64,000 bases of DNA, taken from positions 101,122,001-101,186,000 of the forward strand of contig OZ360232.1 in NCBI GenBank assembly GCA_977017645.1. The letters are read 5' to 3'. The first letter of the stretch is position 1; every line of letters begins with the position of its first letter. Positions 48,862 to 62,126 of this stretch are shown one piece after another. The stretch comes from Torpedo marmorata (lineage: Eukaryota). The notes under the pieces were generated by a model. It saw only the letters and a list, made by a program, of their open reading frames with translations, was not told the DNA's origin and searched no databases. A program made the translations under genes and the position numbers.

Positions 48862-49350
48862 CTCAAGATTCAAGATTCAAGATTCAAGATTCAAGATTCA
48901 ATTTATTGTCATGTAATAAAACAGTGTCATATTACACAAAATTGATTTTTCCTGCTGTCAGGCAGACAGATTCACCATCGGCCGAAATTGCCTGAAGCGC
49001 CTCTTACAGTCAGAGAAAAATAAGCAAAAAAGAATCCCCCCAGAGTCACCCAGTGTCCATAGATTCGCCTCCAGCGCTTCCACAGCCTCCGCAGCCACAC
49101 AGATTCCAGTCCAAACCATCGGCAACCCGAGCTCCAGATCCGAACCTCCGACACGATCAGGAACCCTTCAGCGCCTTCGGCACCCCCTCGCATCCCGGTT
49201 CCGATACCTGATGCCCCTTCAGCCAGTTTCGAGCCAGTCTCCAGCAGTCCACAGCCCGGCGGGCGCGAGTCCCCCGACAGCCTTCTCCAGCAGCCCACAG
49301 CCTCTGTGGGTTCATCGCCTCGAGTCGCCAGCAGCCCGCCGCATGCGTGG
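48862..49350 (-). mobile_element. 5'-truncated copy of the GC-rich SINE-like retroposon
   Basis: (TCAAGAT)5 followed by TTTATT; reverse complement of ~32570-33043. Confidence 0.8.
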
Positions 49351-49467
49351 GTCTATCCCTTTTATCCATTTATTGGCAGATACCCCATTTAAATCTCCCA
49401 AGCTCTTACCCACTCATAGGCCTCTATCCCAAGAATCTCAACCCCTCCTCCACATTCAGATCTAGCC

Positions 49468-50127
49468 AGAATCAGAATCAGAATTTATTATCATGAACAA
49501 GTCATGAAATTCGATGTTTTGCGGCAGCATCATAGTGCAATTAACATTCATATTAACCATCTTACGACATTACTAAAAAAATTATAAACAATAGTGCACG
49601 AAAAGTAAGGCAGTGTCTTTGGTTCATTGATTATTCAGGAATCTGATGGCAGCGGGGAAGTAGCTGTCCTTGTGCCGTTGAGTGCTCAACTTTAGGCTCC
49701 TGTACCTTTTTCCCGATGGAAGCAGAGTGAAGAGGGCATGGCGTGGGTGGTGGGGGTCTTTGAGGATAGAGGCTGCTTTTTTAAGACACCGCCTCATGTA
49801 GATGTCCTCGATGGAGTGAAGTTTGGTGCCTGTGATGTCACAGGCCGAGTTAACAACCCTCTGGAGTTTACTCTTGTCCTGGGAGTTGGCGCCTCCATAC
49901 CAGGCAGTGATGCAACCAGCCAGAATGCTCTCCAAGGTACACCTGTAGAAGTTTACGAGAGTCTTCGGTGACATACCGAATCTCCGCAGACACCTCACAA
50001 AGTATAGCCGCTGATGAACCTTCTTTGTGATTGCATCAACATGGATGCTCCAGGACAGATCCTCGGAGATGTTGACACCCAGGAATTTGAAGTTCTTGAC
50101 CCTCTCCACTACAGAGCCCTCGATGAG
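49468..50127 (-). mobile_element. Rex1/Babar-like (L2/CR1 group) LINE 3' fragment
   Basis: VERVKNFKFLGV.I..DLSW...QRLYF.R.LRRFG...FYRCT.ESIL..CITAWYG...HP...LF.LLPSGKRYRS; tail (TCTGAT)n. Confidence 0.85.
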
Positions 50128-50139
50128 GCCATGTCCTAG

Positions 50140-50380
50140 ATTTAGAAAAACACAACGAATGCAGATGCTGGAATCTTGAGTAAACAAATAATTGGTAGAG
50201 GAACTCAGCAGGTCAGACAGCATGCATGGGTAGAAATGGGCAGTCAATGTTTGGGGTCTGGACCATAATCAAAACCTTTATCAACCCTTTATCAAGACCA
50301 AGTCCTGACAAGGAATACAGACCCAAATCATTGACTGACCATTTCTACCCATAGATGATGTCTGACCTGCTGAGTTTCTT
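50140..50380. mobile_element. Old inverted pair of Penelope pLTR ends
   Basis: GAACTCAGCAGGTCAGACAGCATGCATGGGTAGAAATGG versus CCATTTCTACCCATAGATGATGTCTGACCTGCTGAGTTTC (inverted repeat). Confidence 0.65.
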
Positions 50381-50535
50381 ATTTATATCATAGATTTATT
50401 TGATTTCCTTCATACTCTGCATTGACAGAGTGAAGGTAGCAAAGGCTTTGAGTGTACACAATCAGTGCAGCCCTTTAAGCCTTACTTTCCAACATCATGG
50501 ACGATTTAATTAATGCTCCTTTAATATTTTTTATG

Positions 50536-50790
50536 GATGGCACGATAAGCATAGCGGATAGCGCAGTGCTGTTATAGCGCAAGCGACCCAGGTTCGAATC
50601 CAGCGCTATCTGTAAGGAGTTTGCATGTTCTCCCCTTGTCTGCATGGGTTTCCTCCGGGTGCTTCGGTTTCCTCCCACCCTCCAAATCGTACGGTGGTTG
50701 TAGGTCAATTGGGTGTGATTGGGCAGCACAGGCTCGTGGGCCGGAAGGACCTGTTACTGTGCTGTATGTCTAAATTTAAATTTAAAATTT
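50536..50790 (+). mobile_element. tRNA-derived V-SINE (HE1-like)
   Basis: A/B boxes (GGTTCGAATCC), V domain GTTTGCATGTTCTCCCC...GGGTTTCCTCCGGGTGCT.CGGTTTCCTCCCAC, and (TAAATT)n tail. Confidence 0.85.
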
Positions 50791-51338
50791 GCAAAATTAT
50801 ATGCAACATTATTTTGAAGCAAATAATTTTAAAATATCTTTGAAGTTTTTTGATCAAAGCACATTTTTGGTGGAGAAGTTTTTTCTCTACATAAACATAT
50901 GAACAGAGATATAAAAACATCCGGTTTCCGAGGACAGATGCCATTCAAATAGCATACATATTTGCAACAACTAAAGCTCTTTTTTGGATTCATAGGTTTA
51001 AAAAAAAGTAATTTCTAACTGTTGAAATTGTTCATTAAAAGACCTAATTATAACCTTTAAGACAACAGCATTGGTACTTTCACTGAACAGCACCATCATG
51101 AAATGGATCATTTTGTTCACATTTATTTGAATAAAATTTCATATTTTTCAACTGTTCTTCAGGATACTAAGCCCAGATCCAATATATATATATTTAAAAA
51201 AAATATTTTGTCAAATTGTTTTTTATTGGGAAGTATCAGCAGGTGCTGCAGCCAACTAAGTTTTAAAATGCCTTTTGTGTTTTTATGGCAGGTCCTGGTG
51301 GTAAAAAATATTAAGGCAGTAGTCACTGCTCCTGTCAC

Positions 51339-51878
51339 TGAGTGAAACATGATAGGCTGCAGACGTTGTGATTGTAGTAAACACACCGAAAAGCTGGAGG
51401 AACTGGTGGATCTCCCAGTGGCCACCCATTTCAATTCTCCATCCCATTCCCTTGCTGACATGTCTGTCCATGGTCTCATGCACTGCCAGACTGAGACCAC
51501 CCGTAAATTGGAGGAACGACACCTCATCTTCTGACTGGGCACCCTCCAACCGGATGGCATTAATATCGACTTCTCTGGCTTTCGTTAAAAAAAACCCCAC
51601 CCCCTTCTTCCCCCTGTCATCTCTCCATTCCCTGTCTCCTTTTGCACAGACATGATGAATTCTACCTAGTCCCTTATCACACCCAATTAACACCTTTTGT
51701 TGGTCTGGATTCCTCCCCCATTGTTTGAATTCTGAGACTTTCTGATATATCATCCTTTTGCCTTTTCTGATTTTTCCTCAAAGAAGGGCTCAGACCTGAA
51801 ACGTCGGCAATAAATCTTTGTCTCCTATAGATGCTGAAAAGACCAGCTGAGTTCCTCCAGCATTTCGGTGTGTTTACT
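51339..51878 (+). mobile_element. Short Penelope-like insertion with inverted 3'-end piece at its 5' side
   Basis: PVATHFN...KLEERHLIF remnant plus pLTR; 51339-51403 is a reverse-complement pLTR end; TSD ACTGCTCCTGTCAC (51325-51338/51876-51889). Confidence 0.85.
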
Positions 51879-51990
51879 GCTCCTGTCACAATCGTGTTCT
51901 ATTGATGTTTATTGAAGAGTCAGCATCATTTCCCAATAACCTCAGATTGTGGATTTGCTGTGTAAGGAGAGGCTTGTTTTCACGAGTATT

Positions 51991-54075
51991 TAGACAATAG
52001 ACAATAGGAGCTGGAGTAGGCCCTTCGGCCCATCGAGCCAGCACCGCCATTTTACAGATCATGGCTGATCACTACTATCAGTACCCCTTTCCAGCCTTAT
52101 CCCCATAACCCTTAACTCCTCTGCCCACTAGAGTCTTATCTAACTCTCTTTTGAACATAATCAGCGAATCTGCCTCTACCACCCTCTGTGGCAGAGCATT
52201 CCACAGATTCACACTTCTCTGGGTAAAAAAAAATTTCCTCATCTCCGACCTAAAGCGCCTTCCCTGTATTCTTAAACTATGCCCTCTCGTCCTTGTCTCT
52301 CCCATCATTGGGAACAAGTAATCTGACTTCACCCTGTCTATCCCCTTGATAATCTTGTATACCTCAATCATGTCCCCCTCATCCTTCTAAACTCCATTGG
52401 ATATAAGTCCAGTTTATCTAACCTTTCAGCATATGTCAACCCTGCCATCCCTGGAACTAACCTTGTAAATCTGCGCTGCACACCCTCTATAGCTAGTATG
52501 TCCTTCCTCAAATTTGGAGACCGGAACTGGACGCAATACTCCAGGTGGGGTCTCACCAGGACACCCAGATCCATTTGCACTTCCCCACTCCCTAGCTTGT
52601 CTCCATTTAAATAATACTCAGCTTTCCTATTACTGCCCCCAAAATGGATAACCTCACATTTGCTCACATTGAACCTCATCTTCCATTCCTCAGCCCACTC
52701 CCCCAACCTGTCCAAGTCCCTCTGCATTTTCCTGACATTCTCCTCACACTTTACACCGCCACCCAGTTTAGTGTCATCTGCAAATTTGCTCATGTTATTA
52801 ATAATCCCTTCATCCAAATCATTTACATAAATGACAAACAACTGAGGACCCAACACCGATCCCTGCGGCACTCCACTTATCACATCCTGCCATCCTGAAA
52901 ATGACCCGCTTACCCCAACCCTTTGTTTCCTATTTCTTAACCAATTTCCTATCCATGTCAGCACCTTACTGCCAATACCATGCTCCCTGATCTTGCCCAC
53001 TAGTCTTCCGTGCAGGACCTTATCAAAGGCCTTCTGGAAGTCCAAATACACTAAATCCACTGGCTCTCCCAAGTCCACCCTCTTTGTCACATCTTCTAAA
53101 AATTCCAGAAGGTTAGTCAAGCATGACTTACCCTTAAGGAATCCATGCTGACTAGCCCTTATACTATTATTTCTTCCTAAGTGTTCTGCTATTACTCCTT
53201 TTATGATAGATTGCAATTGTAAGAGCCGTAGGCTTAATAACTTACCTTGGTCGCGGTGCTCCGATGCCTCGACGTGTTATGGAGGAGTCGCTGTGTCTTT
53301 AGGCCGTCCTCGGCCTGTTTAGTGCTCTGCGCATGCGCTGGAGTGCCGACGGGTGCATGCGCAGTCTGGAATTGACGTCATTGTGCGCGGTGTAGTGTGG
53401 GAGATGTAGTATGCGCAGTGGAGCGTGCGCAGTGGAATAGGAACATGGAGCATGCTCGAATCGGAAGGAATAGGAAAAAGATGGCGACGTAGGAGGGTGA
53501 GTGAGATCGCCATATCTTTTATTGAACGTTTCATTGACGTTTCATACATCGTTTTATCGAGCTTTTAAACTATTTTCTTTGTGGTTTAAAGTCGTTTAAT
53601 TGAGCATCTAAATACAGTCTAAGGAATCATTTAAAGGAACTCATACATCGTTATCAAGAACTGTTTATATTAAAGTCATTGAAGATTACTGCAAGTCACG
53701 TGTGTAAATAAAGTTTTTGAACATATTGGACTTTGTTGGTAAATTAATTGAAACGCGTCAAAGACAAGTATCTCACTTAGCCTCCAGGTGACTATTGTTG
53801 GATAGAAGTCACCATAATAGCAATATCTTCCCCACTACTGACGTCAGGCTGACCGGTCTATAATTTCCCGTTTTCTCCCTCCCTCCCTTCTTAAAAAGCG
53901 GCACCACATCAGCCACTCTCCAATCCACAGGGACCTCCCCCGAATCTATGGAACTTTGGAAAATGTCGACCAGTGCCTCCACAATTTCCAGAGCAACCTC
54001 TTTAAGCACCCTGGGATGCAGCCCATCAGGCACTGAGGATTTATCAGCGCTCAGTCCCAACAATTTACACACTAC
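51991..54075 (-). mobile_element. 5'-truncated CR1 LINE, interrupted by a BEL solo LTR
   Basis: GNYRPVSLTSVVGK | SQHGFLKGKSCLTNL, DFQKAFDKV, GVPQGSVLGP, KFADDTK; tail (CTATTGT)n. Confidence 0.9.
53218..53819 (+). mobile_element. Solo LTR of the BEL/Pao family
   Basis: Starts TGTAAGAGCC; diverged reverse complement of 11368-11973; 5-bp TSD GCAAT; CR1 sequence is continuous across it. Confidence 0.88.
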
Positions 54076-54670
54076 CTCCTGCTTCTGGATCCGGATACCC
54101 TTTAGATGAAAGAGAGGGGCACTTATTAAACTGTACCATTTTCTGACATGATTAGACAGACTGGGTTCTAGATCCAAAGGTCACAATCTCAGGATGTGGA
54201 TAAAACATAGAATGGAAATGAGGTAAAATGTTTTCACTCAGTGTTAAATCTATGAAATTCTTTAAGATACATCATTGAATTTATTTAAAATGGCAGTAGA
54301 TAGATTTCTAAACAAAAGGCATGAAGGTGTATGGGAAGCAAGAGAATATGTGGTATTGAGATCAAGGATCAGCCATGATCATATTGAATGACAGAGGTGG
54401 GTCAAAGAGCCTAATGGCCTTCTCCTGATTCAGTTTTAAATGTTTCCATGTTTACTCTTGGAATTCTCAAGCAGTGAATTGGGTGCCTGGATTTGTTTGA
54501 GCTGTCCAAGAGTATGGCTCAGAGATGTATGTCATAATATCCTGTATTCTCAAAATGGCTGTAATGTAGGCACAGCCCCTGCCCACTTCCATGCAGCAGT
54601 CATGTGAGAAGGTGCAAAGGTGGGGAAAGAACAAGACAAGTGACAATAATGAAAGGTTCTCAATGTATAT

Positions 54671-57600
54671 TGTTATGGACCATGGCTGACCATTTGGACT
54701 GCGGACGGTCAGCAGGAAGGATGACGTCTTTTGGAGTACACACTGGGGCCAGGTACTGAAAAAGTTAATTTCCCCAGGACTTTGTGTACCCAGAGAGAGA
54801 GAGAGAGAGAGAGCAGAGAGAGACAGACTGTGGAAAAGATACATTGTTGCACTTTTGCAAAAAGCAGGGGCAGATCTCTGCAAAGCAAACAGTTGTGAGT
54901 TGCAAAGGCTACAGGACACAGCCAAATCCAGGCGTGTGCAAAGTCAGAGAAAAGACTGACAGGATAGCACATGGCCTCCTGTCTCAGAGAAATTCTGAGA
55001 AAAAGCAACTTCTGTGGAGAACAGACGTGAGATCAGCGAGACTAGCTGTGAGATCCAAGCACACCCCTAAATCAGTGGTATACTGTTCTGAACAGACAAT
55101 CCTTATGAACACCCAAGAAGGGGACGTCATCAGAGAAGAAAACAAGTATTTGTAAGCATAAACAGTCATTGTCTCTCTCCAACGTTCATTCAGAAGTACT
55201 TCTACCAGACACAGCTGAATTTGAAACCTGAACTTAGAGAGTGAATCTTGTGGACGGTATTATTCTCTTTTTTTGACTGACTTGTTTTTTTATGACTGAC
55301 CTGGGGTTTTTGGGGAAAGTTTTACCATTTTTACATAGGGGTTGGGCACAGACTGTAGTGGTCTGGGCTTTACACACACACACACCTTTTAGATAAGAAT
55401 AGAGTTTATAGACGTTTATAGTGGGGTTAATTGTTGTGAAATTATATGTTTACTTGTGTTTAATAAATAATAATTTCAATTTTACCCCTTTTGCATTGCG
55501 TCTTCTGTCGTTGCTGGTTTGATTTTGTAACAAATTGGGGGCTTGTCTGGGATTTGAATTAAAAATCCATCTTAGTAATTGAAGGAATCCCAGTTTGGTT
55601 TAAGGCATTCCTTTTGTAAAGCTAATTAAAAGCTAGTGTGTGTGTAACAAAAAACCAGCAACAATGGATGTAGAACATTTTTTGGAATCACCTGAACCTG
55701 ATACTTTAAAAAAGGCGAAAAATGAACAGTTAGTGGCTATAGCAACAGAGTTGGGCATTGCTTCTGTAAAATCATCTATGAAAAAGGCAGAGATTGGGAG
55801 AAAAATTGTCAAATACTATATAAAAGAAAAAAAATTGGAGGAGAGCGTGTTAGAGCAGTTTCCCAAGGGTAAACCTTCTGAAAACATACAGTTGGAATTA
55901 AAGAAATTGGAATTGGAGGCAGCCAGAGAACAAAAGAAATTAGAATTGGAGGCAGACAGGGAACAAAAGAAATTAGAATTGGAATTGGAACAAAAGAAAT
56001 TAGACATGGAATTGGAAATAAAGAGACACGAGAACGATGAGAGAAATAGGAGATATATGCTGGAAAAGATAAAGTTGGAAAATGAGAGGAGAAAAGAAGA
56101 GCGCCAAGATCAAATTCATCATCCTGCTGAGGGGTTTTTGGCTAGTAGAGAAGTTAGGTTGGTTCCTCCATTTGAGGAGGCAGAAATAGATAAGTACTTC
56201 CAACATTTTGAGAAAGTGGCTGTGAAATTAAAATGGCCACAAGACCAATGGTCTCTTATGTTACAAAGTGTAATAAAAGGAAAAGCTCAGCAAGCTTATT
56301 GTACTCTTACCACGGAACAAGCTGCTGATTATGAAACGGTGAAAAAGGCTATACTCCAGGCTTATGAGTTAGTTCCAGAGGCTTATAGACAGAAGTTTAG
56401 AAATTTAAAAAGATCAGCAACCCAATCTTACACAGAGTTTGCCTATGAAAAAGTTGTGTGTTTTGACAGGTGGTGCACATCTAAGGAAGTAAACAATGAT
56501 TACAATCAATTGAGAGAATTGATAATAATCGAGGAGATAAAAAGGTGTGTTCCTGAGGATATTAAGGCATACTTAGATGAAAAGGAGGTGAAAACCTGTC
56601 AAAATTCAGCTAAGTTAGCAGATGAATATGCTTTAACCCACAAGCCTAAGTGGACGTCAGGTAGAATTTTCCAAAAGGTCTCTGTAGATAATCAGAAGCA
56701 AGTGGAAAGTAAATTTGGAAGTGGTGTTAAGGAAAGGGATGAAGGAAAGTGGAAAAGGGAAAACAATTCCAGTCCCATTTGCCACTACTGTAGGAAGGCT
56801 GGTCATATGCTAGCAAGCTGTCCAGTGTTGAAAAAGAAGAGAGAAAAGGATGCAACACCTAATGCTTGTATTCAGAGTGAGAAGATGCATAACACCCAGG
56901 AATGAGATAAATTTACTGACAAAGTTAAAGATGTATTTAAACCTTTTGTGACTGATGGTTTTGTTTCAGTTAAGGCAGGATCAAAACAAGTTCCAGTGAA
57001 AATCCAGCGAGATACTGGAGCTGCTCAGTCACTTGTGTTAGATAGTGTCTTGGAATTTTGTGAAGCTACTGACACCGGTGACATAAATTTAATTAAAGGA
57101 ATTGGTGGTGAGGTAGAGTCCATTCCTTTGCACAAAATAGTATTGGACTCAGACTTGGTGGAAGGACCAGTTATAATAGGAGTGAGATCAGAGTTGCCAG
57201 TAGAAGGAGTCTCACTGTTGTTAGGCAATGACTTGGCCAAGGGTAAAGTAGTTCCTGCAGTGCGAATGACCACTAAGCCAGTCATTGATAAGTCAGAGAA
57301 AGACTCTGATATTTATCCGGCATGTGCCATAACCAGGGCCATGTCTAAGAAAAATGTCACTGTAGAGAAGGCAGTGGAAAATAACTTGGTAAAAGGAAAA
57401 GAAACTGATAATCAAGAAAACCTGTAAACAGTTGAGCTATCTCCTATGGTACACCCAACCACTGATAAGACACCTAAAGACACAGATTCGTCACTATCCC
57501 GACAGGAGTTAATAGCAAGGCAAAAGGACGATCCTGATCTTGTTGAGGTGAGGGATAAGGTTCTCTCTGAAGAGGAGATTAAAAAGGTGCCAGTAGGTTA

Positions 57601-60477
57601 TTATGAAAAAGATGGGGTGTTGATGAGAAAGTGGAGACCACGTGATGTTCCTGCCAATGAAGAATGGGCAGTAGTGCAGCAGGTTGTGATCCCTAAAGTA
57701 TATAGGGATGAAATAATAACTTTGGCTCATAGTACACCCTTAGGTGGACACCTTGGGTTGAAGAAAACTATAAGGAAGATAATGAAACAATTTTATTGGC
57801 CCAGTTTGAGAAGGGAGGTTGTAAGCTTTTGCCGGGCCTGTCACACTTGTCAGGTGGTGGGTAAACCTAATCAGGGTCCCCCGGTGGCACCCTTGCAACC
57901 TATCCCTGCTTTCAGTGAGCCTTTCTCGAGAGTAATTGTGGACTGTGTTGGCCCATTGCCTAAAACCAAAGCGGGGAATAAGTATTTGTTAACAATTATG
58001 TGTGCAGCCACCAGATTTCCAGAGGCCATTCCTCTGAGAAACATAAAAGCAAAGTCAATTGTAAAGGCTATGGGAAAGTTTTTCACCTTGGTAGGTTTGC
58101 CAAGGGAAATTCAATCAGATCAGGGCAGTAATTTCACGTCAGGCGTTTTCCAACAAGTGGTTGATGGACTAGGAGTTAAACAGATTGTATCCTCTGCGTA
58201 CCATCCAGAAAGTCAAGGGGCCTTGGAGAGGTTCCATTCGACTTTGAAAAACATGATTTGAACCTATTGTTGTGAGAAGGAAAAGGATTGGGATGAGGGG
58301 GTTCATTTGTTGTTATTTGCAGCGAGGGAGTCTGTCCAAGACTCACTTGGTTTTAGTCCATTTGAGTTAGTTTTCGGACATGAGGTGAGAGGTCCTTTAA
58401 GATTATTAAAAGAACAGTGGATTAATCGTGATGTGCATTTAAATCTGTTAGATTATGTTTCCAAATTTAAGGATCGATTACATAGGGCTTGTGAGATGGC
58501 AAAGGAGAATTTAAAGGCCACTCAACGGAGAATGAAGGTTTGGTATTATCGAAAGGCGAAGATGAGAACTTTTAAACCTGGTGAGAACGTATTAGTTCTG
58601 TTTCCCATCCATTCAAATCCTCTTAGGGCTAGATTTTCAGGACCTTATAGAGTTAAGTCAAAAATTAATGATGTCACCTATGTCATAGAAACACCTAATC
58701 GCAGACTGTCATGTGAATATGATTAAGCCATATTTTGAACAGGTGCCACACAAAGGGACAGGGGTAAGGAGGAGACAGATAAAACCAGTTTCAGAGAGGG
58801 TCATAGGACTGTTAATTCTCTGAGTTATGTAGTAGGACAGGGGAAGTTGGTGCCAGTAGAGGAAAAGTTTGTGACTATTTCCGAGTTCCCTGTTCCAACT
58901 GGTAAGAAAACTCTGAGGAGGTTCCTGGGAATGATTGGCTACTACCGCAAGTTCTGTAAAAACTTTGCTGATCTTGCGCTCCCTCTCACAAATTTGCTTA
59001 GAAAGAAAGAAAAATTTGTATGGTCAACAGGTTGTCAGGAAGCATTTGTCAAATTGAAAGCCATGTTATGCCACCAACCTGTGCTTAAGTCACCTAATTT
59101 AGAACAGTCGTTTTCTTTAGCCGTGGATGCGAGCGATGAAGCTGTGGGTGCGGTGCTGTTACAGAAGAAGAACGAAGAGGACATTGAACTTCCGGTATCC
59201 TACTTCTCGAAGAAGTTCAATGATCATCAAAGGAATTATTCAACCATAGAAAAAGAGTTGTTGGCTCTTGTGTTGGCTCTACAACACTTTGATGTGTATA
59301 TCTGTACAGCTCAAAAACCACTCATAGTGTATACTGACCATAATTCATTGGTTTTTCTTTGTAAAATGAAAAATAAGAATCGACGGTTGTTGAATTGGAG
59401 TCTAATTTTGCAAGAATATAATTTGGTAATCACTCATATAAAAGGGAAAGATAATGTAATTGCTGATTGTCTTTCGAGATGTTAAACTTTATCAATGAAA
59501 ATAGTTCATATTTTGTATTTGTGGATGAACATTGTAGATTTTGTTTATATTCTGACACCTCAGTTACTTTCCTAAATTTTGTTCTTGCAGACCAAAATTT
59601 CCTTTGTGGGTGGGAGGTGTTATGGACCATGACTGACCATTTGGACTGCGGACGGTCAGCAGGAAGGATGAAGTCTTTTGGAGTACACACTGGGGCCAGG
59701 TACTGAAAAAGTTAATTTCCCCAGGACTTTGTGTACCCAGAGAGAGAGAGAGAGAGAGCAGAGAGAGACAGACTGTGGAAAAGATACATTGTTGCACTTT
59801 TGCAAAAAGCAGGGGCAGATCTCTGCAAAGCAAACAGTTGTGTGTTGCAAAGGCTACAGGACACAGCCAAATCCAGGCGTGTGCAAAGTCAGAGAAAAGA
59901 CTGACAGGATAGCACATGGCCTCCTGTCTCAGAGAAATTCTGAGAAAATGCAACTTCTGTGGAGAACAGGCGTGAGATCAGCGAGACTACCTGTGAGATC
60001 CAAGCACAAGCCTAAATCAGTGGTATACTGATCTGAACAGACAATCCTTATGAACACCCAAGAAGGGGACGTCATCAGAGAAGAAAACAAGTATTTGTAA
60101 GCATAAACAGTCATTGTCTCTCTCCAACGTTCATTCAGAAGTACTTCTACCAGACACAGCTGAATTTGAGTCCTGAACTTAGAGAGTGAATCTTGTGGAC
60201 TGTATTATTCTCTTTTTTTGACTGACTTGTTTTTTTATGAATGTCCTGGGGTTTTTGGGGAAAGTTTTACCATTTTTACATAGGGGTTGGGCACAGACTG
60301 TAGTGGTCTGGGCTTTACACACACACACACCTTTTAGATAAGAATAGAGTTTATAGACGTTTATAGTGGGGTTAATTGTTGTGAAATTATATGTTTACTT
60401 GTGTTTAATAAATAATAATTTCAATTTTACCCCTTTTGCATTGCGTCTTCTGTCGTTGCTGGTTTGATTTTGTAACA
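54671..60477 (+). mobile_element. Gmr1-like LTR retrotransposon lacking the RT core (copy 2, more decayed)
   Basis: LTRs 54671-55532 and 59618-60477, TSD ATAT, PBS TGGGGGCTTGTCTGGGATTTGAA (tRNA-Pro, CpG-decayed) at 55536; colinear with copy 1. Confidence 0.95.
55664..59485 (+). pseudogene. Gag-PR-IN-(RT thumb)-RNase H of copy 2, with stops (56903, 57425, 58259) and small deletions (~58705, ~58760)
   Basis: ORF pieces are nearly identical to 6442-10316; the Gag N-terminus is in frame in this copy. Confidence 0.92.
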
Positions 60478-60559
60478 ATATTTTTTGAAATCACTTCCAT
60501 TTTCTGACCCTTGATCTTGGTGGTGTTCCTTGAGCTATTGATCTTGGTTTTGAGTTAGA

Positions 60560-60830
60560 CCATAAGACCATAAGATATAGAAGTAGGCCATTCAGCACAT
60601 TGAGTCCACTCTGCCATTCCATCATGAGCTGATACATTCTCCCACTCAGCCCCTCTCCCCTGCCTTCTCCCCATAATCTTTGATACCCTGACTATTCTGA
60701 TACCTATCAATCTCTGCCTTAAATGCACCCAACGACCTGGCCTCCATAGCTGCCCATGGCAGCAAATTCCAGAGGTTCGCCTCTCTCTGGCTAAAGAAAT
60801 TTCTCAGCATCTCTGTTTTAAATGGACGCA
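60560..60830 (-). mobile_element. Old CR1 3' end
   Basis: CATAAGACCATAAGATATAG..GTAGGCCATTCAGC tail and FF.QR..NLWNLLP remnant. Confidence 0.65.
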
Positions 60831-62126
60831 GTTGCTTGGTATTCTGTTCCTCCTGCTTTTCATTTTTATTCTGGGTGACCTCCTCTGCTTCTGATCATGG
60901 AGGGGTCATTTCCTCCTCTCCACTTCTTCAACCAAGATGTCAAATGTTGAGTCTGAGGATAAGGTGCCTGTCCCCATGCATTGATTGCCATGTGATCATT
61001 AACATTTTTAGAATGCATCCAGTACTAGTTGCATGCAGTGAGCACCACCCCTCTCCAACTTGGCTACATCTTCTTTAAACTCACTTTACCCCTCACTCTT
61101 AGGTCCAACAAGATCCACTTCTCCCAGTTTGAAGCCTGTTTCTCACCATTTGTATCCCCTCTCCCCACCACCACACCATCCCCACCCTTGCAACTCCTGA
61201 TTGGAAGCTAAATATCTATCCCATATTTGTCATCTCCCAATCGCCACCATTTCCACTCATCCCAATTGCTAATCGAACCCCAAGTTATGACGTTTTGGCA
61301 AAGCCCAACTGAATCTCATTCAATTATATTTTGCAACTGCAGGTTCTCAATAAAATCTGTGCACTGCAAGATTAGCACACCTTTCTAGCCAACAAGAACA
61401 TCTAATCATCCTCTTTCCATCGGTTAGTCAATCCAATTTGCTCTAATGTCATTGCCAGATTTCTTGGACAAACATTTTCAACGTCTAAAATCCCTTGTGA
61501 GATTTGATTCCATTAGAAACAATAGATAATTTCCTATTTGCTGTTCAAATTATTATTTCTGTTCCAACAACACCTACTGCTTTGCCTAAGTCCATCTGTC
61601 ATTTTATTCTATGCCTCATTTAAAGATAATTGATTTTTAATTTACCTAACTTTTTCCATTATTTTAATATTTGTTCAGTTTGCCTGCACATGTCAGCACA
61701 AGCAATAACCTGAAATTAGTAAGGCAGCATGATTTTTCAACAGCATGCTTTCATGCAGGTGGTAAGAGTTGATTACCATTACTGAATCTAGAACATCACT
61801 GTAAGGAATAATTTCAGACCATATGACCTGCGGCTGCATTTAGAGGGCTTGTAGGAAGACAGTTTTCTGAAGAATAACAACATTTTGAAAGGTATTCCAC
61901 ATTTATTAAACATGTAGAGTTAAAAGATTTTTTTAGCATGTTGCTGGTTAACATGTTTTACATCATCATCCTACACATTCTACTCGTGCTGCAGACACAG
62001 TAGCAGAGCGGGTAGAGCTGCTGCCTCATAGTTCTAGCACTGGGTTCAACTTGGAGCTGTCTGCGTGGAGCTTGTGTGTTCTCCGTGTGATGACATAGCT
62101 TTTGTCTGAAATTCTGATTTGCACCT

